The position numbers were made by a program, and so were the translations under genes. 64,000 bases of DNA, taken from NCBI GenBank assembly GCA_963693365.1, contig CAVNZM010000004.1, forward strand, positions 9,514,468 to 9,578,467, written 5' to 3'. The stretch is from Amoebidium appalachense. Taxonomy: Eukaryota > Protista > Ichthyosporea. Numbering within the stretch: the stretch's first letter is position 1; the number at the start of each line of letters is the position of its first letter. Positions 33,949 through 64,000 of the stretch are shown one piece after another. Under the pieces are notes generated by a model. It was given only the letters and a program-made list of their open reading frames with translations, had not been told where the DNA came from and searched no databases.

Positions 33949-35144
33949 ACACACACACACACACCACGTACACACAGACCATTGGGTTGCGACTAACCGT
34001 GCGAGGGATGACCGTGTACGATCGGGAGATTGAGGGAGACCATGTGTGTGCAGACGAGAGGGTGGTCCTTAGAGCACTGGAGAAGGACCCGGCACTCGCA
34101 CCATATAAGGTAAGCACAGCACCATAACAGGTAGTCATAATACCATATAAGGTAACCATAGCACCATGTGAGGTAACAACAGCACCATATTAGGTAACAA
34201 TAGCACCTTAAAAGGTACCCATTGTATAACAGGTAACCATAGCACCACATAAGGTAATAATAAGACCTCTTAAGGTAACCATAGCATCTTATAAGGTAAC
34301 CATAGGACCTTAGAAGGTATCCATTGCATAATAGGTAACCATAGCACCATATAAGTTAATAATAGGACCTCTTAAGGTAACCATAGGACCTCCTAAGGTA
34401 ACCATAGCACCTTAGAAGGTATCCAATGCATAATAGGTAACCATAGCCCTTATGAGGTAACCATAGCACCTTATAAGGTAACCATAGCACCTTAAAAGGT
34501 AACCATAGCACCTTATTTGCAAGTGATGGCTATTTCCAGTTTGAAGACATGGAATCTGCATCGGAAAAGTGATGTGTTTTTACATTTTAAGGCAGCAAGG
34601 CAGAAAAACGGGGGTTGTGGGTGTGGGGGGTGGGGTGGGGTGGGGTGGGGGGGGGGGGGGGGGAGGGGGGTGGGGGGAAAGGGGATGAGAGAGGGAGAGG
34701 GAGTGGGTGGGTTCTTTTTTTCTTTTTTTTTCTTTTTCTTTTTCTTTTTTTGGTGTGTGTGTGTGCTGTTGTTGTTGGGGGACGGGGGGAGGGGGGGGGT
34801 TGTTGTTGTTGTTTGGAGGCGGGGGGGAGGGGGGGGGGGGGGGGGGTCAATTGGTTTTAGCAATGGTAAAAGAGCTAGAGTCAAGGTGTCTACATACATA
34901 TGGATATTGTCACGCCTAACCAATATATGTTCATTTTAACTAACCATCTGTGGTCATTTCTTCTAACCATATATGTTTATGTCTTAGCTTATATTTTATA
35001 CGGTATTATTTCTGGAATCTTTTGCTGACCTTATTTGGTTGGGTGGGGTCTGGCCGATACAGCTACTGATCGAGCAAGTAATCAAGGTGAGTTTTGCACA
35101 GCAGTTACGAAAAAAGGGAGTAAGGGATGGGTGTTTTTTTTTGT

Positions 35145-35212
<68 letters not shown>

Positions 35213-35555
35213 TTGGGAGGGGGAGGGGGGGGGGAGGGAGGGTAAGGACAGAAAGTGAAGACAGAGTTAAATAACTAATTGTTGGTGGTAAAGGGGATGA
35301 TCAGATGGGGAAGGACGAAGGGGGGGGGGGGGGGGTAGATAAATGCTTGGATGTTTTGTATGGAGATGTCAGTGGAAAAGCCCTGTTTGGGGGGAGGGGG
35401 GGGGGGGGGGGAGGGGAGAGGGGTTAGTTACAGCAAAGGATCAGTGAGTTTGTGCTGAGGTGGTTGTGTATGGATGGGTGGGTGGGTGGAAGCTTGCAGA
35501 TTTTTTTTTCTTCGCTTTCATTTTTTTTTTTTTTTTTGTGTGTGTGTTAGGGTGT

Positions 35556-35600
<45 letters not shown>

Positions 35601-36025
35601 GAGAGTGGGGTGGGTGGGGTGAGTGTTTGTGTGTGGTGTATGTTGGGGGGCCGGGGTGGAAAGGGGGGGGGGGGGGGAGAGGGAAGGGGCGGGGCCGGGG
35701 GGGGGGGGGGGGAGGGGGGAGGGATTCATCTATCTATCTCTGTTCTCGCAACTTCATGCATGCTAGGTCTGGAGATCCCCCCCCTCTCCCCCCTCGGACT
35801 CCCCTCTCCCCTTACCAACCCCCCTCTCCCCCCGCTTGCCTCCCGTTATCTCGATCCCACCCCCTCTTTCCCCTTTCCGCTTCCCTCCCTCTCTGCCCTG
35901 CATGCACTCATATCACCTCCAACCCTTCAGATTGACAGTCAGATGCCCGGTAAACTATTCTACCTGTGCATCCAGCTGTCGAACCTCACAAAGACGGAGG
36001 TGGGTCACGGGTTGTGTGTGTGTGT

Positions 36026-36061
<36 letters not shown>

Positions 36062-36105
36062 GGGGGGAGGGGGGGGGAGAGGGGGGGGGGGGGGTAAGTG
36101 GATGG

Positions 36106-36141
<36 letters not shown>

Positions 36142-37211
36142 GTATGTGTGCTGGGAGGGAAGGGAGGGAGGAGAGGTGGGGTGGGGGGGGGGGGGGGGGG
36201 AGGGGGGAGGGGGGGATGGCTTACGTTTGTCTTCCTGTGTTTTTGGGGGCTTCTCAAAGGGGGGAGAAGGGGGATTTTTTTTTTTTGGGGGGGGGGGGGG
36301 GGTTACGATATCACACGGTTTAACATACGGAATGGAGATCATTTAGCCTATTCGGGCAGGGGGGTACGCATGTGTTGATTGCTGCAGAGAGCTTCGAGCC
36401 TAATAAAGCTTCAGTGTTGGGCCACATGTGGTGTAGGCATGGTCGCCCATAAGTGTTCATGCAAGCGCGTGCATGCCACAGTACCCGAAAGAATATGTAT
36501 CCGTGTGTGTTGGTCAATGCCGTGCGCTAACTATAAGCTGATAGTGGCGCTGGCCTCAGAATTATTTTTCCAGTTTGGGCCGAGACAATTTAATTAATGG
36601 TGTTACGGTGTACAGGGTGAGATATCGGGTTGTGTGGAGCTAAATACAAAGGTGTTCTGCCTCAAGGGACCCCAAAAATGCACACACGAGGTATCTGATA
36701 ACCCCCCCCTCCCCCCGCCCTCCCTTCTCTCGTATCTTTATAACCCGCTTGCCCCGTCCCTTCTTCCCCCCCCCCCCCCCCACACACACACACACACACC
36801 ACACACATCTGTTTCCCCAAAACCCCCAAACCGACGCCTGTGTGTGAGCTAGAAGGAATTGTTTCTGCTCAAGGTTGTGTCCTAGCCAGAAAATTTTATG
36901 GGTGAATGACGACACGATGCTTAAAACAAGCATTTACATCTATCCATGTACCGTGTCCTAAATAACGCAGTCACACAATTGTCAATTGCATGGATCGGCT
37001 CAGTGCATAAATTCTTGGCAGGCATGTTATTCACTTGCCTTGCAGTTGTGCAAGAGAAGAGGGGGAAAAAATAAAACAAAAAATAAAGATAAAATTAAAT
37101 GAAAACACGAAAGCATCTTGACTGACTATGAGCTTTTCACAGAAAAGGGACCCACTGGGCTGCTTCCACATTCCTCTCCGCCACCACATGACACCACCCA
37201 ATGCCATCTGA
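31089..37211 (+). CDS. Secreted cysteine-containing protein, DUF4773-like, ~194 aa, 7 exons
   Basis: Exons 31089-31197, 32754-32860, 33978-34109, 35063-35086, 35931-35999, 36616-36690, 37143-37211 (585 nt, in phase). Signal peptide [21 protein letters not shown]; pattern [19 protein letters not shown]...VYDREI...VC...LCIQLSNL...ISGCVEL...LGCFHIP. Family name is from recall. Confidence 0.7.
31752..32652 (+). mobile_element. Longest (~900 bp) copy of the poly(C)-associated family, in intron 1 of the DUF4773-like gene
   Basis: 5' half matches 19093 onward and 3' half matches 17748-18072; preceded by C7 and followed by about 26 C; contains an internal alternative-type 3' end near 32281-32326. 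Confidence 0.9.
34098..34515 (+). repeat. ~21-bp minisatellite (GCACCATATAAGGTAACCATA, about 20 units) beginning in the last codons of exon 3
   Basis: The first unit is the real exon end plus donor (CCATATAAG/GTAAGC); nearly all later units keep AG/GTA. Confidence 0.9.
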
Positions 37212-37334
37212 TTGGCCTCTGGAACATTCCCTCGTGGCTGTTTCGGTCGCTTCGCAAATTCACCCGCGGAACCAGTTTCGACCCCCCCCCCCCCCCCAAC
37301 CACCCCCCGAGTACACAAACACACGCACACGCAC

Positions 37335-37370
<36 letters not shown>

Positions 37371-37783
37371 ACACACACACACCAACCCCCGTGATGATCG
37401 ATTTCGTTTTCCCCGGAAATGTTTTTGTGTTGCACGCTGCCTAGGACGTGCACCGCCACTTTGTTTTGTACTGATGCAACTAGAGCATCAAATTAGCAAC
37501 ACAACATAATTGGCCCCGTTTACAAAGTACTGTGAATTCGGTCGGTGGTGCCCTTTGGTTGTTCAGACTGTTGGTAAAGTAACTCAGCAGAAGACGGCGG
37601 TCATCACTAAGACGGTTATGGAGAGAGAGAAATCCCACAAAAAAAAAAAAAAAAAGAAAGAAAGAAAGAAAGAAGAAAGAAGTGGAAGAAGAAGAAGAAG
37701 CTTCGAATAGGGAAAGAAATGAAGAAATTGAAAGATTTCTTTGCCATATTAGAAAGACAAAGTCCAACAGTGCTCTGGTCAGT

Positions 37784-37887
37784 CTAGTTGTTTAGAAACG
37801 ACTCTTGAATGTTCAACTCCGTGGATGCAAATACACAACGATCAATAATGCCGGCGTAGGTACATGATCCATTTCCTGCACGCCCCC

Positions 37888-37930
<43 letters not shown>

Positions 37931-38138
37931 GAGGGGAGGGGGGGGGCGGGGGAGGGGGGGCTTCACACACCATCATATTTGCATATGGTGGTGCTCTTGA
38001 AATATGTGGCTGTAGCAAAGGAGATGCCGGTGCAGTACTCATAATAAAGGTACCGTGGGCCCTTTTTGGTCCAGGGGGCAACACATCTCTTTGCCCCACT
38101 TTTCACTGGTTGTGAATGATGCCTCTTTGTGCACAATT
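37784..38138 (-). CDS. Possible last two exons of an unidentified Cys-rich protein
   Basis: 38138-37971 and 37875-37784 have AG/GT borders and join in phase 1 (...YEYCTGISFATATYFKSTTICKYD-GNGSCTYAGIIDRCVF...*). Upstream exons unresolved; no family recognised. Confidence 0.3.
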
Positions 38139-38805
38139 CTAAGGCAAGGGGATGCAAGCGTTACAGTAACTGCTTTGTTTGACAACAAAGCCCGTCCCCC
38201 CCCCCCCCCCCCCCCCTATTTTCTCACGCAAACACGCTCAAGCTTTTGGTCACACGCACACGCACACACACACACGCGTGCACGATGTCACACACACACA
38301 AACGTGTACACGCAAACACGTGCACAGTGCACACACACACACACACAAAAACACGTACGCACACACGCACGCACAAGTACACATACAATTGCAATGTCAC
38401 ACGCATGCACACACACACAAGGGCACCCGTCACACACATACACACACGCATGTCAATTTGTACGTAACCCTCGGGCTGCAACAATATAATGTCACCACAC
38501 ACATGTAGCACAGTCACATATCGTTCACGTGGCAGTCACACGCACGCGCGCACACTGCACGTGGCACCGTGCCACCGTGATCATGACCACCTGCAGTGGC
38601 ACGTGCACGCTAGGCCACACACGGCCCGGCAGATACGTGGCACGCGTTGAACCGTAGTTCATTAATCCCGAAGTGTTAACGTGTGTGCCACTGTGTGTGG
38701 GGGGGTTTGGGGGAGGGGGGGCGGGGGGAGGGGGGGGGGGGGGGGTTGGGAGGGGGGGATTACACACTCGCACTATTCTTGTGTGTGTGGTGAGTGGTGT
38801 GTGTG

Positions 38806-38836
<31 letters not shown>

Positions 38837-40136
38837 AGTGGGAGGGGGGGGAGGGCGGGGAGGACGTTTAGTGTGTTCGACATCGATCAAAATTGCGCAG
38901 AACTGCACCTGCTAACGTTTAACAAATAATATAGGGGCAAACCATATTCATGGCAAGATCTCTCTGACCATGCACGCATAACGGTATGCCGGGATCCGAT
39001 TGAAAGGTGCGGACAAATTTACACTATCAGACTACGGCGACTTGTAGTCACTTTGAGTGCTGTCTCCCTGCGGCCCCGGCTCAACATACCTTGTATGTTC
39101 CCGCGGCGTAGTAGTGCCTACAGTAGTCACTTACGTAAGCCAGTGGGTACATAACCTTGAAGACTGTAGGCGACTTGTGGCCTTGGAGTCGGCGCTAGCC
39201 GTGAGAGCGAAGCAAATACCGTTCATCTAGGAATACCAATGTGCGTTAGCTTTTGAAGAGGCCTAACAAAAGCAGCGATAAACCCGCATGTGTAACTTTT
39301 CAAACAGGGAATTTGGTCCGTGTGTTGCTGTGCTTGTGAGCAAAAAAGGCATTCGGTATCGCGATATTGAATGAACGCAGGCAGGCTGTAGGCTACCGGG
39401 CAAGGGCCGGGGGTGTGCAGGAAGAGTGACGGAAGGGCGGGCAACGTTGCGTTGGGTCCGAAATCTCGCCGAAATCTGAAAATGAGCTACTTTCTGCGTG
39501 ATTGGGTTTTTAGATTTTGCATGGAGCTTTAAAGCTTTTTAGGTGATTATTTAGCTATAAAGACTGCATATCACGCAGTGGTGACACCAAGCATTCCGAA
39601 CAAATTCCAGCGCAATAATCCTATTCCTTCGTGTACATTTTCGACACATCATGGACGTCGCGTTTGCACGCATACCGTACACACAAAAAACACCTCACCG
39701 TTCCAAACGCGTACAGTGCTAAAACTCCTCGACACACACGGTAGCACAGTGACCCAACATATATGCGCAGGGCAAGAGATGAATAGCTATAGGTAAAGCG
39801 AAGCAAATCTGTGACCTTTTACAAAGTAGTGATAGGAGAGCCCCACATAAACCACCAGGCTCGTGTGTACGTCGGTGCAAACAATAGTAGAACGGTATAG
39901 CGCTATCTCATTTTGGCAACACACTCATACACTCTTCTTGTTTTTAATCCTCCATAACACACACATTTTTTTGAGCAGTGTGATCTCCGTAGAATACGCC
40001 CCGGGCAGCTGAGGTCTCAAATTCATTCGAGTCCACAGCTTCATGATCTCGTTTTTTGGGTACCTTTTTCCACCGCCTAGTGAATAGGAGGGCCCTGTGA
40101 CTGTGTGTGTGTTTCTGGGCCGGGGTGGTCCGCACC

Positions 40137-49073
<8,937 letters not shown>

Positions 49074-49264
49074 AAATGTACCTTAAGGAATACACGTACG
49101 TGCATAGATACATTCACACACACACACACACACGAACACATACACATACACACAGGGCACATGTACACACGGAGGCATGCACACCCACGTACACACCTGC
49201 GAACATACACACGCACACACGCGCGCGCACACACACAGAAACACAAGCACACAAGCGCGCGCGC

Positions 49265-49370
<106 letters not shown>

Positions 49371-49854
49371 GGGGCACACACACACCCAAACCCTTACCAC
49401 ATTCTCACAATACAGAATTTAGTGATCTTTTCTCTGGAGTGCATTCTTAGTAAATCCGTTTTACGGTCTTTCAGATGATTCCTTAGTGTCATGACCAGTG
49501 ATTTCAGTGTTTTCCTTTGATATCCCTTCTACATGGTTACATTCCTCTTAGCCCTTTTCAATCAATTCATTTTAATTTCTGTTTAAGAACACGGTTAAAA
49601 TCAATTGTTATCTGCCACACGTGCACATTTTTTGACCACGGGCAGACACAGTTCTCGTTTGCCCTTGTCTCGATTTTAGGTAGCGTTGTGTGTGTGTGCT
49701 CTGTATACATCACAGAGATATTAGTAAACGGGAAGCAAGCACACGCTCACAAAGCTCGGAGCTAATTAAAGTTTCATTAAAATTGATCTGTAAACAATCC
49801 GAAGACTGTGCATTTGTACTTCCGCTTAAGTCGAGTGGTAACATGCATGGGTGT

Positions 49855-49938
49855 GTGAGTCGAGATACCGACGAGATATATTGTGAGTCGAGATACCGAC
49901 GAGATATATGGTGAGTCGAGATACGGACGAGATATATA
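49855..49938. repeat. Three tandem 28-bp units GTGAGTCGAGATACCGACGAGATATAT(T/G)
   Basis: Read directly. Confidence 0.85.
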
Positions 49939-50017
49939 CAGGTCATATCTCCCATCATTGATGTTCCTAGCCTGTGCGAGGTGTTATCCGTTAGATGTAC
50001 ATGTGCAAAATTATCCT

Positions 50018-50048
<31 letters not shown>

Positions 50049-50646
50049 CCCCTCTCTCCCCCACCCCTCCCCTCCCTCCCCCCCCCCCCCCCCCACCCCC
50101 ACCCCCCCCAAAAACACACACACACACACCCACCCACTCACATACACAACCAACATTTGCACACAAAATGTACTCTCGCACGCACACACGCACGCGGTGG
50201 GGGGGTCCGGGTGGCGCGGTGGGGGGGTCCGGGGGCGGGGGGGGGGAGGGGGGGGATTCGAAGGGAAAATAGGAAATGAACGACACTTTTCTACCACCAT
50301 CACCATAGTACTTTGGTCATGTTGTCGCACACCCACTGCACCCCACGGGTCAACGGAAGCACTCCCATTTATGGGTTTTTTTTTCTGGACGTGGTTACCG
50401 TTACCGCAGCATGCACGCGCATTTTCATGTCACATGCATGCGCATGCTGAAAATTGATGGAAGCATGTTTCACACGTCTACACATGGGGTTTACACACTT
50501 TTTATTGCGTGGACACTGCCGGAGGCCCAGCCACATTCGACGGCCTACTGCGTTTTCCAGCGCAGCCAATCAAATGCAGCCAGTGGCATATGTACATGCT
50601 AGGCAACAATGAGCGCCATCGTAGTATATGACACCCCTATTACATA

Positions 50647-51090
50647 TTATGGGTAAGCAGAGGCTAGCATCGGTAGCTCCGAAAGAAAGTTAAGACACCG
50701 GATCACAATATCATACTGTGCAGCATTAATAAGGTGATCTAGGATAGTCATCTTAAAACGGATATATTGAGGAAGAGAGGAAGAAAAGAGAATAAAACCG
50801 CCAATAACCTCCGGTTCTAATATGTTAGCTAACAGGCTGCACTTATTGATAGATATGCAGCCGCGAGTAAACCGCCCCCCACACATATTACACATACGAG
50901 CAGGAGACGCCAGAAACCGATTACACCGCCAAGTCATAATCATCTTTACGTTTTTACACCACACCACATGTAGGTGAGCACGCGGACACAGCAATGACTT
51001 TGGCGCCACGCCATGTGTGTACACCTGCATTCCGTATGGCAGCGCATGTGATTTTGCACCAATGGGCAACGACCTTGACATGTGCCTCAT
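50647..51090 (-). mobile_element. Decayed LINE ORF2 C-terminal fragment of the same type as 42225-43021
   Basis: TWRCNRF...CNMCGGRFTRGC...KCSLL...TILDHLIN parallels HWRIKY...CHFCDNRFDRKH..RCSML...TTLDYLLN. Confidence 0.6.
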
Positions 51091-51811
51091 TCAGCTTCGT
51101 AGGAAACAGCAGTACTGATCACGAACTGTTGTTTTTTTTATTGTACAATTTGTCGAACTTCAGCTCACCAAGGTTATCATGGCGGTTTACAATTCAATAT
51201 GCCGATATAGTCCACTCGGCTATTGACATTTACAGATATCGTTATAATTAATAATATCAACAAAACAAGAGTGCTTTCTTCATCTGAGGAAGGAGAGAGA
51301 ACTCGAACATAACCATAATACTGCCAATTCTCTAGAACACAAGCTTGCCGGACTAGATTAAGTCCCTCAAAGCTCATGTTTGTCTAGATGTGCAGCACCA
51401 AGGCCGTCATACATACATGCCCGGCACGAGTGGATACACTCAAATTTCGGTGAAAATTGTACTTTCCACGTATCTACATTCAAATTCACATATCTGCTAT
51501 TCAAAGCCACGCACAGCTCCCTGTAACCAGTTTTTAGATATACAGCCTAGCAAGACTAGATAAACTCAAATTGCATCGACATTTCAATTTTTCTTGTTAA
51601 AAATGACTCGGCCCTCCGCAACGCCGACAGAAGAATGCGATCAAGGGCGGACTCGAGAAGCAAGCAGTACACGAAATGCTCTACTGACAGGATTTCCGTG
51701 CACGTCACGCACACACACATGCACACCCACACACACACATGCACACACACACACATGCACAAGCATCCCCTCCGGCCCACTCAGGTGGTCTGTATTTCTA
51801 GAGCTTTCTAC

Positions 51812-60315
<8,504 letters not shown>

Positions 60316-60585
60316 GGCGATGGGCATGTGAAGGAAAACAAACCTTGAGCTTAAGGAATATATGTGTTGGTGTTTATTTTGGTGATTGAATCTATTAGTC
60401 AGATGTATGGGACTACCCACAGACTTTCTCCATATAAAACTATAAGCTCGCTGTGACTCGCAAATAAGGACCGTTGTCACTGTGAGTTCTACCACCTACT
60501 GAGGCGGTGTCTCCTTTCTTTTTTTTTTTTTTTTTTTTTTTGCTTTTTTGCTTTTTTTTGCAGCCTGAGTAGATGTATAACGTCG

Positions 60586-60653
60586 CACGTGCGGCAACAC
60601 GTCAGTACGTGTTAGCTGTGAGTTCGTCTCAGACAGTCAAACGGTGTCACGTG
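60586..60653. promoter_or_regulatory. E-box cluster upstream of the BMT5-like gene
   Basis: CACGTG at 60586-60591 and 60648-60653 plus CACGTC and TACGTG between them, in microsatellite-free sequence about 270-340 bp from the ATG. Confidence 0.4.
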
Positions 60654-60767
60654 TTCGTGTCTGTGTCCAAAGACACAACCTTTCGTAATCATTAGTGGAT
60701 TTTGCGTAAATAAATAGCTAAATAAAGTTAGCTTTATAAATGGTGCATTGGTGTAATGTGCATATAG

Positions 60768-60873
60768 CAGGGATCGAAATTCTCAAAATAAGTTTGGGAA
60801 TTTCCCAAACTTTTTTCTGGATTCCCAAAGAACCTCGGAGGGAATGGGGGGAGGGGGGGCAAATGGCCAGTAT

Positions 60874-60904
<31 letters not shown>

Positions 60905-60913
60905 AGAGAGAGC

Positions 60914-60965
<52 letters not shown>

Positions 60966-61152
60966 GAGAGAGAGAGAGAGGAGAACGGGGGGAGGGGCCG
61001 GGGACGGGGACTTGAGAGGGTAAAGTGGACTGTGGGTGAATAGTGGGACCCATGGCCCGCGCCAGCCGGGGGGAGGCCTATTTTGGGGCAGCTGCCATCT
61101 CGAACTCGAGGCCGGGGGGGTTGCGGGAGGAGGAGGAGGAGGAGGAGGAGGA

Positions 61153-61194
<42 letters not shown>

Positions 61195-61414
61195 TGTTGT
61201 TGTTGTTGTTGCGGCCGGACCGTGAGCGGGTACTACAGTGGGCTATTGGGTTCGGGGGGCACTAGCGGATGGGGGAGGAGGGCCGTGTCTGTTTTTGTTT
61301 TTGTGAACCTTGCACGCCCAGGATTCTCCCAAACGCTTTTCCCAGTTTTTCTTTGGCGAATCCCAAACAATTTGGACCCTACCCCAAAGTTTCAAAAACA
61401 GAAATCGAACCCTG
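60768..61414. mobile_element. hAT-like non-autonomous DNA transposon (MITE)
   Basis: Imperfect TIRs CAGGGATCGAAATTCT and AGAAATCGAACCCTG; 8-bp flanks GCATATAG and ACAAATAG match at 6 of 8 positions; CCCAAA motifs repeated near both ends. Confidence 0.6.
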
Positions 61415-61499
61415 ACAAATAGATTCTATTCGTCCAATCAAGAGCAGGGCCTCAGCAGGCCTGGCCGCCGCCCTGCTGCTTAGCAGCAGGGTTGGAAAG

Positions 61500-62530
61500 C
61501 TTTTTAGACGATGTGTCGACGGTTAGCCGCAGCTTCCGAGCGCGGCCCCAATATTAGCATTAGCCGATCCTGATATACAGAATGATGGATACTGAAAACA
61601 ATTACATTTCTACACATTATTCTGGCTATGTTTTCTTTCGAAAATTTATTCGATGCACCTTTATGGCTGTGTTCCTTAATGCTTGTCATCGATCCTGGAT
61701 CTGCTAGAGCCCTGGCCTAGATCGTTCCGCATACCATTTGTGATAAATTGCAATGCGTCGATTGGTCCATTTAGATCGACGCCTCGCTTTATCCTTGAAT
61801 ATAGTGTGCATAATGAATACGTCGAATGGCTTGGATATGAGGACAAGTGAGAATCACGCTCTTTCAGGGTCAAAAAGCTACTGATGAACATGCCATAGAC
61901 TCATTTCAACTCAACTAGAACAACTGTTGACTGAAGCTCCTTTTCGTGAACAGTACGTCGGACGTTGATCGCTGCGACGCGGCCTCTACATATCCAGACA
62001 GGCCAATCGTTTCCCTGCGAAATATTCCATGAACAAAACCCAATCAGAAGAAAGAAGCAAGCACCGAATATGGAAGTCATGGAATGCTGAAATATTCTTC
62101 GAATCGGTAATATCTGTCGCAGTTTACCTAGTGTTTGATTGGCTATTAGTGTGTAGCTACAAGCACCGACGCTCACTTCCGAGTAGGGAAATCATATAGA
62201 GTTAGAATGCCTCATAGTAAGATTCCAAGCAAATATAGCTCATTGTAACTTCATAATTCTCTATTACTGGCATCTATAGCTCACCACTGTCATGGGAGTG
62301 GCGCATACGTATGTACAAATGGCATATGCTGACCGCACTAGTGGGTCTTTCCGTTCCTGAAAGGTTTTTTGGGTTTGCAAACGGGATCGTGTAATTGGTG
62401 CTTGTTTGATGTTAGACAGTTTAAAAAGGAATTTCGGATATATGATTAGTTCAATTTTAAAATACTTATCAGAACCGCAATCAATCCTCAAAAGCTCCTC
62501 ATCAATTCCCCGAAATATATGCAACTAAAG
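61500..62530 (-). pseudogene. Heavily decayed coding-like relic, possibly LINE ORF2 3' half
   Basis: Microsatellite-free kilobase with broken frames; fragments DKYFKIEL (cf. YKYLG), RSAYAICTYV and FERKH/IARIMC (cf. FDRKHLDRC) occur in the expected order. Confidence 0.3.
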
Positions 62531-63267
62531 AAACCGTTAACCACATAGATCGAAAATCACTGAACAATGGGCTAACTTTAAAAACAGCCAATCGCATGAT
62601 CCAATTTGCTAAACCTCATTATTTTTAGAAAGGAAAGACCCAACTGAGAGCCCCAATTTGACCCCCAAAGCAAACGTTTCTGCCATTTGCTACATATCAC
62701 GTACATTTCTTACTGTTATGGTTGATCGCACATACCAAAGATCAGTTTCGAATGACCGTGACACGGCACACGCAACTGTGCAGGAAAACCGCCAAACCGG
62801 GGAAGGAAAACCAACTGTTTTGCCTTGAGCTGCCAGTGTGGAACATCAAAACGTTTCCCGTACATAAATTAAGTAGAGAAAGACAGAGTATTCTCGCTTT
62901 TTTTACACGCCCGCACCATTGAGTCATTCAGGTACAGACCAGTTGTCTGGCACGTGATACGACCGCTCAGTAAGGGACTATTCGAAATCCTTACAGCTCT
63001 ATAGCCCGATCTCATTGAATTGATGGACGGACTGAACCTATAAACCAAACCCTCAGGAGTTGTATTGCTTTCTCCACACATATATATTCCCTACGCTGCA
63101 ATTTCTAGGCTTTATAAATTTGCCACACCACAGAGAACTTTCTTTTTGCAGTGCAAAGCTACTCATTCAAACCCATTTCGCTCAACCGCGGACACAACAG
63201 CAGTAACTGTTGGCATAACTTACACAACAAACACTGAGCGTGGGGCAAGTGCACATAGCACGCCACT

Positions 63268-63447
63268 ATGTTGCAGCTCCCCAATCTCGCCACCTTGTCT
63301 CTAATCGTACCACAAAAGGTTCTCCCGTTTGGCTTGAGCGATGAGCCAGCAAGGGGGGAGGTTGGTTTGCACGAGTTGTCGGCGCGAGGAAACGTAACAG
63401 AGGTGGAGAGGCTACTGCAGCAGGGGGTGAATGTGAATGAGAAAAAG
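63268..63447 (+). CDS. Exon of an ankyrin-repeat protein; gene continues beyond the window
   Basis: [31 protein letters not shown] fits the ankyrin consensus; donor AAG/GTATGT at 63447/63448. Start codon uncertain. Confidence 0.65.
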
Positions 63448-64000
63448 GTATGTTTCTGTGTGTGTGTGTATCCCCCCAGGTGTATGTTTGGCATGGATGT
63501 TTGTGTGTTAGTGTGTTTGTGTGTGTGTTCGTGTGTGCGTGTGCGTGTGTATGTGCGTGTGTGGGCGTACCTGTGTGTTTGCATGTGTGTTTTTGTGTGT
63601 GTATGTCGATATGTGTCTATGTGTGGTGCGTCTCCGTGGGCGTCTGTGTGCCTATGTGTGTGCATGTTTTTATATCCTTTTTGCCTGCGTCCCAATTGTG
63701 ATTGCATACATAAAGTGTTTGTGGGTTTGCATGTGATCGTGTGTGTGTGTGCCTGCTTGTGTGCCTGTCAGTGTTTGACTTGGGATGTGTCGTGTTCAAA
63801 GGCGTGACGACACGTATACGTGGGAGTCTCTCTGTACTATGTATTCGGGGAAAATCCAGTGCGCGCAATATTCAACCTTGAGCTTGTGCATGTTTGTAGC
63901 TTTGTTTATAGTAAGCATGCATCTCATCTGCACGGGTGCATGTACCTTGGTGTTGGTACCTGCCTGCATGTGTTCGGTGACGACTTCACTCCGAATATTC

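Noticed and set aside
34098-34515. CRISPR-like appearance of the 21-bp array (also 21376-21722 and 49855-49938)
   Set aside because: Units are head-to-tail or separated by C-rich tracts, with no unique constant-length spacers and no cas genes, in a eukaryotic context.

Overview
Eukaryotic, intron-rich genomic DNA. A unicellular opisthokont such as an ichthyosporean is plausible, but that is inference from style only. Introns and spacers are full of (CA)n/(GT)n microsatellites and poly(C)/poly(G) runs, which create almost all ORFs in the supplied track; these are artefacts. Splicing by hand with GT-AG sites and phase checks recovers seven multi-exon genes: (1) the 3' part of a fatty-acyl-AMP-ligase + carrier protein + Pls/PosA-like membrane/beta-helix enzyme (+); (2) a DUF4442 hotdog-fold thioesterase-like gene (-); (3) a GT8 glycosyltransferase (+); (4) a 12-exon O-acetylhomoserine sulfhydrylase, MET17 (-); (5) a secreted DUF4773-like protein (+); (6) a secreted protein with seven SdrD B-like repeats and one calcium-binding EGF domain (+); (7) a BMT5/DUF2431 methyltransferase-like domain fused to zinc fingers (-). 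An ankyrin-repeat exon starts at the right edge. Mobile DNA includes two or three relics of one LINE type, a hAT-like MITE and a possible NUMT. The most unusual signal is a dispersed repeat family of about 12 copies. They share 3' ends that run straight into poly(C) and are variably 5'-truncated, and all 11 intronic copies lie sense to their host gene. The longer copies carry a pseudoknotted RNA fold supported by compensatory changes among three divergent versions. All family assignments come from motif recognition, not database searches.
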